Origin: the human T2T-CHM13v2.0 reference genome, Homo sapiens
DNA length: 64,000 bases
NCBI RefSeq assembly: GCF_009914755.1
Contig: NC_060926.1
Reading direction: 5' to 3' (one strand)
In this document: positions 29,123 to 42,200 of the stretch, in pieces
How positions within the stretch are numbered: position 1 is the first letter of the stretch
Layout of the letters: every line of letters begins with the position of its first letter
The notes under the pieces: generated by a model
What the model saw: the letters and a program-made list of their open reading frames with translations, nothing else
Database searches by the model: none
What the model was told of the DNA's origin: nothing
Position numbers and translations under genes: made by a program

Positions 29123-29338
29123 GTGGGAGTCTGCAAACCTTTTCTCTAAAGGGCTTTGTGGGCTACCCGGTCTCTATTGAATCTACTCAACTCTATGTCC
29201 ATGCAATGAAAACAGCCACAGATAATATATAAATTAATGGATGTGGTGTGTTGTGTTCCAATAAAATTTTATTTATTAAAACTTTATTTTTATTTATTTA
29301 TTATATTTTGGCAGCAGGCAGCAGTTTGTCAACCTCTG
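29123..29338 (+). mobile_element. MER58A (hAT-Charlie)
   Basis: ggagtctgcaaaccttttctctaaagggc...tactcaactct...gttccaataaaattttattta...cagtttgtcaacctctg. Confidence 0.82.
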
Positions 29339-29942
29339 TTCTAGAATATAAGGGGGAACATTTAAAAAATTATTTTTATAAATATAATGTAACATTGATA
29401 ACAAAATACAGTAAGGCATCACAATAATCCTAGTTCTTTCTTATGAAAATCTACACAAAAATCCACAACAGAATTAGTAATCAAAATTCAGCAGCACTTT
29501 AAGAGAATAATACACAATAACCTGGTGGTCTTTATTCAGTAATGTAAGTATGGCTCAATGTTAGAAATCCATTAGCATAATTCAGTATATTAATGGTTCA
29601 ATAGTGAAAATTTTAACATCCATTATTTATGAAAAAAGTGTTTAAAACATAGTAATAGAAATATAAATCTTTAATATGTCTTTATCAAACTGGCCCAGAA
29701 TTATGCTAAATAGGAAGCAGTGAAAGATTTATTTTTAAAAAATAAAATGTCCATTATCAAAAGAAAAATAAATGAGGTATGAAAATTGTAAAGGATGGAA
29801 ATACATGTGTCATTATGTGCAGATGATATTATTGGTTTACCCAGAAAACTCAAGAGACTCCATTAGGAAACAATTACAAATAATAAAAGGAATCAGTAAA
29901 ATGCCCTGGTACTTTCTATATCTGTATCTATGTATCTGTATC

Positions 29943-30674
<732 letters not shown>

Positions 30675-31811
30675 GTATCTGAACTTACATATATGTCATA
30701 TGTAATAAGAATCAGGTAGTTTAATAGAACAGCTACAAAAGATAAAATAAATTACCAAAGCCAAGTATTATCAGAAATGTGCAAAATCCATATTAAGAAA
30801 AACTTTAAAGCATTAGTGAGGTACCCAAAAGACTGAAAAACCATTGAAAATACACCATAATCTTAGCTAAAACTCAATGACATTATTCGATAATTTTTTC
30901 CTAAGTTACTTCACAAAGTTACAACCTTCCAAATAGAGTGACTGGGGATTTTAAAAAATAATCAAGCAGATTCTGAAGTTAATATAGAAAAATCACAAGC
31001 AAGAGGAATCAACACCTGAAAGAAGAGGGTAATGAGGTGACACCAGCCCTGGTATAAAGGCTAATTAATTACTATAGAGTCTTACTGTGCATGGATAGAT
31101 AGATCAAAGAAAGAGTATGTAAATAGACCCAAATACAACAGGGATTTTATTTTAGGATATTCACATCATTCATATTCATATTATGATGAATATCCTAAAA
31201 TAAAATCTGGATCTGGATTACTCAATAAATGGTAATGAGGCAATCGGGTAGCCATCTAGAGATAACAAATACTAAATCACTATATCCCTCTCCAATAAAA
31301 GTCAAATGGGTAAAAAAATTAATTTCAACAAGTAAAGCCATAGAATCACGAATGTGTATACAGTGCAGAAAAAGACTTTCTCAATCAATCACTAAATCCA
31401 GAAACTATTTATGGAAAAGCTAATTATTTTGAGTATATAAACTCCATAATGCATGCATGAACAAAAATAATCATAAACAGAGGCAAATATTTAAAAATAT
31501 TTTAAAAAGCACATAAACCACAGTCTTTAGAACACATCATTACAAATCAATAAGAAATTCAAATGACTATGATTGAATAAAGGTATGCCATTTTGTTATT
31601 CATTTTCTGTTTATTCCATACATCCTTTTTTGTTCTTCTGTCTCTTTTTAGCCTTCTTTTGGGTTGAGTATCTCTTAAAATTCTGTTTTAATCTCTCTAT
31701 TAGATTTTTGCTTATTTTTGGTAATCAAAAAATGGTGGTTATTTTGGTGGTTAGCATTAAAAACAAAGTGCAAATGACTCTTACACATGTTGAAAAAATG
31801 CTCAACCTCAC

Positions 31812-33350
31812 TTTTTTATTTCATTAATTATTGCTCTTGTCTTTATTATTTTCTTTCTTCTACTTACTTCGAGTTGATTTATAGGGTTTTTAAGATGGCT
31901 TATGTTCTTGCTAATGTTTTACCTGGCTGTTTCATCAATTACTAAGAGAGAGTTGTTGAAAGCTTCAACTATAGCAGCAGATTTATACAAAGAGACACGG
32001 AGATTTTAATTCATTTAAATTCTGTCAATACATACTTCATAAATGTTGAAACTCTATTATCAGACACACACATATTCATAATTGCTATGTATTACTGAGG
32101 ATCTACCATTTATTAGTATAAAATGTTCCTTCTTGGTTTTGATAAAACTCTTTATCAGTAAGTCTACTTTATCTAACATTAATACAGACATTCCAGCTTT
32201 CTTATAAGTATTTTCAGGATATATTTTTCTCTCCCTATTTAAAGTGAATCTATCTGTGTCATGATAAAGTGTATTTCCTCTGGATCACATATACCTGCAT
32301 CTTGATTTTTTATTTTTATTGAGTCTGATAAACTGCCTTCTAATTGGAGTATGAAGTTCATTTGCATGTAATGTTAATTATCATTGAATAAAGGTATGCC
32401 ATTTTATTATTCACTTTCTGTTTATCCTATATGTCCTTTTTTAGTTCTGTCTCTTTTTAGCCTTCTTTTGGGTTGAGTATCTCTTAAAATTCTGTATTAA
32501 TATCTCTATTAGATTTTTTGCTTATTTTTGGTAGTTAATTGGGAGATTACAGTACTGTGTTAACTTTTCACAATCTATTTAGAGTGAATATCACAACACT
32601 TCAAGTAAAATGTAAGTGCTTTATGACCACATAGTTTAAATTTTCCTGATCCCATTTGCTTATTTATTATGAATATATTTTCTTACAGGTCCTTGAACAT
32701 CATTATAACAGCTATTTTACAATCTTATCTGCTTATTTCAATATCTGGATCATCCTGGAGTTGATCTCAGCTGATTTCCTCTTCAGTATGTGTCACACCC
32801 TCCTTTTTCTTCATATGTCTAGTAATTTTGCATTCACTCCTATACATTTTAAAGTAAAGATTGTAGAGACTATGAATTCTGTTGTGTTCCTCTTAAGAGA
32901 GCTGATTTTGTGGACAAGTAGGAAGTTAATTTGTTTAAACTCAAGTTCCACACTCTGTTTTCCTTGTGTTGGAGTTCAGTCAAACATCTTTTTTCACTTC
33001 TTTTAGCCTTAATTGGTGTGCTTGGAGTCTTCCCCACGATTGTGTAATTCAAAGATACATTCTTATATTCAAAGATGTAAGAATAACTTACATCCAAAAT
33101 TTAGGGCTTTCCAATTTTGAATCTCTGCTTTCCAGGGTTTTTCTCCTCGCCTTTTTAGCTGTGTCATTCTTTTCTTCTGAGTGTCCACTCACTTCCAGTT
33201 TCTTCCTGCTTTTGTTACACTCCAGGACATACAGATAGTAACAATGTTTCTACAGATTGTCTAATTATTTTGCCCAGAGTTTATTATTGCCATCTATGGA
33301 AAGCTTGGTCTGATATGAGCTATGCTACTACTAGTGGAAATGGAACTCTA
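31812..33350 (-). mobile_element. Old antisense L1M fragment inserted in the sense L1M
   Basis: aagtctactttatctaacattaatacagacattccagctttctta and related antisense ORF2-start motifs. Confidence 0.65.
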
Positions 33351-33419
33351 CCAGGATCCCTTTTAATTTTTTAAGAGGATATTAAGATTACAATGAGATA
33401 GTGGTTTTGAAAGATAAAA

Positions 33420-34350
33420 GTGTATGTAATAGATAAAAAAAAGATAAAACTGTATGTTGGCTGCAATCGAAGGAGTAGGTACTTTCGTATACTGTTAGTG
33501 GAGGTGAATTATTATGAACCATTGGTACCTAGTTGTGTGAAGTATAAAATTTCTTATTAAAACTAAAATTTTACATTTTTGAGTGTGTAAATCCAAGTCA
33601 AATCCATTCCACAGATATCCACATGCAAGTGCCAGTGGTAATGGACATACAAGGATATTGATTACAATATAGTAATTGCAATGGAGTTGAAAATCTTATA
33701 CATCTAATAGTGGGAACATAGTTGAATTAATTTCATTGCATCAATTTAATATAAAAATTACCATGAAGACAGCAAACACATATCTAGTGGTTGGTCATAC
33801 CATACAGCATCCTAAGTGCTTTACATGTATTATCTCACACAGTTTCCCAACGATAGTACTATTATCCCATGTACATATGAGTCACAAAGTTCAGCAGCAT
33901 GTTGAAGATGAAACAGATAGTAAATGCCAAGATTAGTATTAAAACCCAGGGGAATCTGATTCCAAGATCATAGAATTGACCACGATACGGTGCTGTCTCA
34001 CCATAGTATAATAATGAGCATCATAATGAGAATGAAGCAGTTTTCCAGGTACTGATATGGGACACTTTCAGGATGTAAATTCAATGAAAAAGGCAAGGTG
34101 AGGAATAAGTGTACAGAATCCCACCAATAATAACTAAACAGGAATTTACTAATTAAAGGATGATATACACACATTTGTATATATTTGCATATACATAGAT
34201 TATCCCTGAAAGTGTACTTAAGAAACTGGTACTTGTGGAAATAACTGGGTAGCTGAGGCACATGGTAGCAAGGGAGAAATTTCACTGCATACCACTTTGT
34301 GTCTTTTGAATGTTGTGCCATGTCATATATTACCTAATGAGGAAAATGAA
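33420..34350 (+). mobile_element. L1ME 3' region, with a MIR at about 33750-34000
   Basis: tactgatatgggacactttcaggat...gaaaaaggcaag...ttcactgcataccactttgtgtcttttgaatgttgtgccatg. Confidence 0.6.
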
Positions 34351-36196
34351 TTAATCTTCTTTCCAGAATAACACGTTTAGTGCTTAGTGCAGTATATGGT
34401 TTACTGTAAACACTCACTCACTTTGTAATGGAAGTGCTTATAAAGAGTGAAATGGCTGACTCTTTGTACATAGGCAACACAAGAAAGCTTCAGCCAAAAG
34501 ACTGTTAGCAGCATTGTAACTTTCCTTTTCCCCAGCGCCCTCCAGACACAGCCCACACAGAGCTGGGTCTAGAGTAGACAGTGAGTAAACACTTGTGCCC
34601 AACCAAAAATCTCAGTGACCAACTGGAAATTGATCACACTAATTCCTTTAATTCTTAGGTTGACACATTTGAAGTTTCCTTTTCCATTATCACTTTCTGT
34701 CTCTATAATATTCATTTTGATGTTATTTCCTATGCTGTAAACCTCAAATAATATCGAAGAAAGAGATTAAATACTTATAGCTGGCATATACAAATACACA
34801 ATTTTAAATGCCTGTTTACCAAGGCGTTCTATAAAATGGAAAGGGAGAATTTATTGCTCTCACAAAGCATCGACACTCAGGCTGTCCATTCAACTGAGTG
34901 AAATCATTTACCTATGGTAATGTGCAATTTGCTAGTTTTACCAATGCTTTTTGTTTTTCTCTAGTGTCTGTAACATAGTAATTCTCATTTCCCTGAATGT
35001 GAACTCTAATCCAAATGATCGACCAATATACTCCTTAAAGCTTAACTTGGAAATGGTAATCTCTTTCTAAAAACATTGCAAAATAACAAGATCCTGTCTT
35101 AATGCAAAGGCTGAAGTGTAATGAAGGATTTGTGATACTATTTGTGAATTGCTTAAGCATCTGCCAGTAGCATGAGTTTTATGCATTCTCCGGCTGCTAA
35201 ATTATGCCTTTGTATGTACCAAGAAAACACACTTAACATTTTTTACGCAGGGGAGATAAACCCAGTTTGTGGGCTCTGCTGTGAATGAGACTGCATTCAA
35301 TACTTGTTTATGGCCCTAAGACTGTGCAAGGAGCCTGAAATTTATCAAGTAATTATATAGGTGGAAGTAGAAGCTGGAGCTTTATGTTGACTGGCTCAAG
35401 TCAATTATAACTTCTATATAACTGCTCCCATCAACTTTTGCAATTTGTAATATATATCACCATGACAGAAAGTAGGCTCATCTATACATTGCTTTTTCCC
35501 CCCAAAGTCTAAACATAGAAAATTCTGCCTTGACTCATAATAAATACCCCTCTCTTTGGGATATGACTGGGACACCTAAGGATACCTTCTTTTCCTCCCT
35601 TTCATAAAATGAGAGCCTTAACTATTTCAAATAAATTGAATTTTCCTTTTATTTTCTTATATCTCCATAGGTGCATAAATACATCCAGTTATTGCCTATC
35701 TGGCTATTCAAGGAAGCACTGCAATTTTCTCCATAGACACTTTAGGATCAGCCTGACACAGAGTCATTAAATGCAGAAATTAATTATTTCCCCATTGTCC
35801 TCATTCTGCCTCTTGACCACCAGAACACTTGCTCCAGAACCCACTTAGACTGTGGATTATTTAGCTCAGTTCTTACTCATCAAAACTCATCTGTCTTGTT
35901 TCTCCTTCTTTCGGGCATTTATGAGACTAGCAACTCATTCCACTCTGGCCAAGCTTGAAGAAGGGAGTGAACAGCTGGTTGACTAGAACTATTATACAAA
36001 AAAGCTTATGAGTTACATTTCCCCAGCATGGGAATGGAAACCACCTAATCCTCAGAGTTACAGTATTCTGGACATGGAAAAGATTTTTGAAATTGTGCAT
36101 TTTCCACATCATAGATTTGGAGACGGATGTTCTAAAAGATCACGTAGTATTACAGAGCTAGTTAATTGAAGATCTGGAACCAGACATCAAATATCC

Positions 36197-36686
36197 TTTT
36201 TCTTTTAGCTTGTTTAAGTTCAGAGGTACAAGTGCAGGTTTGTTACATGGATAAACATGTGTCATGAGGGTTTGTCGTACAGATTATTTCATCACCCAGG
36301 TATTAAGCCTAGTACTCATTAGTTGTTTTTCCTGATCCTCTCACTCCTCCCACTTCCCACCCTCCAAAATACCCCAGTTTATGTTGTTCCCCTCTTTGTG
36401 TCCATGTGTTCTCATCATTTAGCTCCCACTTATAAGTGAGAACATGTGGTATTTGGTTTTCTGTTCTTGTGTTAGTTTGCTAAGGATAATGGCCTCCAGC
36501 TCCATCCATGTCCCTGCAAAGGACATGACCTCATTGTTTTTTATGGCTACATAGTATTCTATGGTGCATATGTACCACATTTTCTTTATCCAGTCTATCA
36601 CTGATGGGCATTTAGGTTGATTCCATGTCTTTGCTATTGTGAATAGTGCTGCAATGAACATACGTCTGCATGTATCTTTATAATAG
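36197..36686 (-). mobile_element. 5'-truncated L1PA (about PA13-16) 3' end
   Basis: ORF 36419-36661 is an L1 ORF2 C-terminus; 3' UTR gtacagattatttcatcacccaggtattaagcctagtac. Confidence 0.92.
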
Positions 36687-38808
36687 ATTTTTTTTTCTGT
36701 GCTAATTTTCTGACCTCAAACCCTTAATATTTTTTGAGGTTTTGAATTGCAAAAAGTAAGAGAATCATTCCTATTTGAATCTCTGACATAAATCTATCAA
36801 TTAATAGAAGATACTATAAAATAATAGAAAATATATCTGCATCTACCTATCTATATTTTTCCATAAAAGAATAATAGAAGATATCTATCAGATAATGAAG
36901 AACACTGGGCATGTAACATAAGACGAGAATTGTCATGTTGTGTCTGCTTGTTGGAGAAGAGGACTGGTGGGCACTAAGACCCTTCTTCCTCAATGGGAGT
37001 GTGCTGTGCAAAGATATTTACACTGTGGATCACCTTCTCATATTTTAGCCAGGTAAAATTGGGTGCAAATAATCACCATGTTTATTATTAAAAGAAGAGA
37101 ATCTGTTGCTCTCCTCAGGCATCAACACTCAGGCTGTCCATTCAGCTGTGAAATTGTTCACCTATAATAATCAGCTATTTGCATTTTCACAAAGATAGAC
37201 TGAAAGAGGAAGACATCACAAAAGGCTTATCCTCTTAATGGGGGCAGAAAAGCGTGGATTTTAGAACACAGGCTTCAGCATAAAAGAGATGTAGTTGTGA
37301 GTGCCAGTTGTCCCATTTATTAACTAGGCATCTTTGAACATTTATCTTCTCATCATTGGTGAGACAGTCATCACAATGAAACCACCCCAAAGAGGTTTTC
37401 CAAAGATACATACAATAATGAATGAGAGTGTCTAGCACTGTGCCTGATTCATAGTAAGCCCTTGCTGAATGCAGCATATAATAGCCAAAGGGTATATGGG
37501 GAAGAGAAGGAGCTGTTACAGGTTGTTTCTAGTTTCTGTTTTTGTTTTTGTTTTTTGTTTTAGGGTTTCTTTGTGTGATAGAGAATATTGGAAGGAAATA
37601 TGTCTTAAATAGAGTTTGTGATATAAAAACGTATTTATAGATGAGGCTCCATAATGTCATCTTTAATGTCAGGAATGGATGAGTCACCTCCAAACCCACC
37701 CTGAGCTCTTTCTAATCAACATTTAGTCATTTTACTTGGTTTATCTTCAAACTTTTTCCCCACCCCGTGTTGACTGTCTGAAATGCCCTCTGCCTCTCAC
37801 TCCCACCCTGACTCTCTTGGTAAAGTCAAATGTTCATCAATCTCCTTTCAATTTCCCATAGCATATCCTTGACAACACCTGCCAGCATATAGTGTTATTC
37901 TCTCCTTTCAAGTCTACCACCTCAGGGAACGGAGCTCTTTAAGGAAATGGACTATGACAATATCTATTATCTTATTCATCACTTTATTCCTACTACTTAG
38001 CAGAGGGTCTAATAAATAATAGTTGTCCAAACATTATTTGATGAATAAATGAATGTATGAATCACTTATTCCTCAAGGTCACTGGATTAGGACCACTAGG
38101 AAAATTCTGCTGATGGTGCTGATGTTTTTCTCCCTACAAGGAAGAGCTATTCAATTTTCTCTTGAATGAATGTGACCAGGCACTGGTTATTCTTAGTGCC
38201 TATTTTTTTTTTAACAAGCATAATTCTTCCCCCGACCAATAAAGAAAGAAAAAAAAAACTAGATAAGTACTTTTTCCATTTAGATGCATTTTAAGAAACA
38301 ACCCTTTATAATATAGCCAAACAAGACAGAAAAAGAAATGTAATGCCTAACCAATTTAAAGGATTATTTTACTCAGTCCCCAGAATTCACCTCTTGTCTA
38401 GATGGCCTGTATACTATATAGTATTACTTCATCAATGTTAAATTTCTTGCATATAAAAATGTTTTATATCTTCTAATAGACTCATAGCTGCAACAGTCTC
38501 TTTCCAGAGACTTCTTTGAGTAAATTCATCATCTACTCCAGACTCACTGTACTCATCTAGAAAATGAAGATAATAGTAAGTCATACTTGATAAGGAGATT
38601 TTGAGGAAAAAATTGCATGATACAAGTTAATCAATTAAAATAGTATTTGTTATATAATGAACAATTCATAAAGTTAATTATTATTATTGTATTTTAAGAT
38701 TTACGCTAATATACAGAATTTTAGGGTCATAACTGTGACATAACTATGCTATTTCATAACTATGCCCCTGTGATCATACACAGGTTTGTAAATAAATGAC
38801 TCTTATAA

Positions 38809-39178
<370 letters not shown>

Positions 39179-39289
39179 TCTCCCTTATTCTTCTTCCATT
39201 TTCTCTCTTGTTACATTCCTACCATGCATGCTAATTTACAAGTAAAATTCATGTGAGCAAAGATATATTTATAACAAGATGCATAGGTT

Positions 39290-42200
39290 TGAAACACCTC
39301 CATGTTGCCTCTTGATGGCACACCCTCTCCTCTCCCTGTTACCTCTAAATGGTACACTCTCCATGTGGATGCAAACCATTCTTTCTTCCGTATTGCCTCC
39401 TGGTTTCTCACCCTTCTTCTCACCATGTTGCCTCTTGGTGATACACCCTTCATCTTTCCCCTCCTGTTGCCTCTTCATGATACATACTTCTACCTTTTGT
39501 GTGGTCTTTTAATGATACACCCTCTCTGCTCCGTGTTGACTCTTCATGGCACAGCCTGTCTTCTCCATGTTGCCTCCTGATGGTAGACTCTCTTCGCTTC
39601 CTATTGCTAAGGGTACATTGAGGTGTACCCTTCTCCCCTCAATGTTTTCTTTTGATACTACACCCTTTTCCCTTGTGTGTTGCCTCTGATGGCACAGAAT
39701 CTCTCCTCCTTGGTGCCTTCTGATGGTACACCCTTTTCTCCTTCATGTTTCCTATTGATGTCACACCCTCTACCCTCCATGTTGCCCCTCAGTGGCACAC
39801 CCTCTGTATTTCATGTTGCCTCTTGATGGCACACACTCTTCCCCTCCCATTACCTCTTGTTGGCACATACTGTTTTCTTCCTGTTGTCTCTTGATGGTTC
39901 ACCCTCCATGTTGCTTCTTCATGGTAAAACTTCTCCCCTCCATGTTGTCTCTCATTGGCATGCCCTCTTTCATCCGTATTGCTTCTTGAGGGTACACATT
40001 CTACCCTTTGCCTTGCCTTGTCATGGAACACCCTCTCATCTCTTTCTTGCCTCTGCATGGCCTTTTCCTTTCCATGTTTCCTCTTTATCTCACACCCCCT
40101 CGCTTTTCTGTGTTGTTTCCAGGTGGGAACCCTTTCCTTTCCTTGTTGCCTCTTTATGACATGCCCTCTCCCCCACATGTTACCTCTTGATGGCACACTC
40201 TTCTTCCTTCTATGTTTCTTTTTTTTTTTTAATTGGGACACCTTTCTCCCTTCCAGGTTGCTTCTTGATGGCACACGCTCTATCTCATGTTGCCTTTTGA
40301 TGTCAAAACCTCTTCTGTCTATGTTGTCTCTTGATTGTACACATCATCTCCTCCATCTTGCCTCTTGATGATATGCCCTTCTCCCTTCCATGTTGCCTAT
40401 TCATGGTACACTCTTCTCATCTTTATGTTGTCTCTAACGGTACAATCTTCCTTCTCCCTTTTGCTTCCTGATGGCATATCTTCCCCCTTCCATTTTTCCT
40501 CTTGATGGCACACGATTCTCCCCTCCACATTGCCTCTTCGTGGCACACCCTCTCTGCTCCATGTTGCCTCTTGTGGCATACTCTCTTCCTTTTGTGTTCC
40601 CTTTTGGTGGTACACCTACTCCCCTCTGTGTTGCCTTTTGGTGGTATAAATTCTCCCCTCCATGGTTCCTCTTGATGGCACACCCTCACTCCTATATGTT
40701 AACTCTTCTTGGAACACCCTTCTCTCTTTCTTGTAGCCTCTCTTGATACAACCCTCTCATCTTCATGTAGCCTCTTGAGGGTACACACCTCTTCCCTCTA
40801 TATTGCCTCATAATGACATCAACTCTCCTCTTCATGTTGCCTGTTGATGCCACAACATTCCCCGCTCTGTGTCACCTCTTTGTGGCACACACTATTCCCT
40901 CTTGGTTGCCTCTTGGTGGTATAACCTTCTCTTCTCCATGTTGCCTCTTAATGGTACAATCTCTTTGCCTGTTGCCTGATTACGCCATTCCTTCATTTCC
41001 CAGTTGCCTCTTGATGGCACACCCTTCTCTTCTCCATGTTGCCTCTTGTTGGTACGCCCTCTAACCTCCATATTGCCTCTTGATAGTAAATGCTTTCCTC
41101 TCTTTTTTGCCTCCTTGATGGTACACCTTATCCTCTCCATGTTGCCTCTTGATGATACAACTTTGTCTCTTTCATGTTGCCTACTCGTGGTAGGCCCTTC
41201 TCACCTCCATGTTGTCTCTAATGGCACAATCTCTTGCCTCCATGCTGACTCTTGATCATACACCCCCTCCTTCATATTGGCTCCTGATGGACACCCTTCT
41301 CCCCTCCAGGCGGCCTCTTAATAGCACATCCTTCTTTCCTCCATGTTGCCTGTTTATGATACACTCTTCTACTATGTTGCCTCTCTTTATGTTATACAAT
41401 CTCCCCTTTTGTTGCCTCTAGATGTGCAACCCTTTCCCGTCTATGTTGCCTCCTGATATGGTTTGGCTTTGTGTCCCTATCCAAATCTCTTCTAGAATTG
41501 TAATCCCCACTTGTCAAGGGAGAGGCCTGGTAGGAGGTGATTGGATCATGGGGGCAGTTTCCCCCATGCTGTTCTCATGATACTGAGTGAGTTCTCATGA
41601 GATCTGATGGCACTTTATAAGGGGCTCTCCCTGCTTTGCTCACCACTCTCTCTCGCCTGCCACCATGTAAGACAGGCCTTTGCTTCTCTCTCACCCTCCA
41701 CCATGATTGTAAGTTTCCTGAGGCCTCCCCAGCCATGCAGAACTAAGTCAATTAAAACCCTTTCCTTTATAAATTACCCAGTCTTGGATATGTCTTTATA
41801 GCAGTGTGAGAATGGATGAATACACCTCCTAATGGTACACACTTTTCCCTTCCTCATTGCCTCTTGATAACGCAATCTCTCCCCACCATATTTCCTCTTG
41901 ATTACACAACCTCTCTCCACCATGTTTCCTATTAATGATGCCACAACATCCCCCACTCCATGTTGCCTCTTCACGGCACACACTATCCCCTCCCTGTTGT
42001 CTCTTGGTGGTATACTTTTCTCTGTGTTGCCTCTTGTTGGTATACCCTCTCCCTTGCCAGTTGCCTATTTAAGCCATGTTCTCTTTGCTTTGTTGCCTCT
42101 TGATGGCATACCCTTCTCCTCTCCGTCTTGCCTGTTGATGATAAACCCTTCTTCTCACTATGTTGCCACAGGATGGCACACCCTCTGCAGTCCATGTTAT

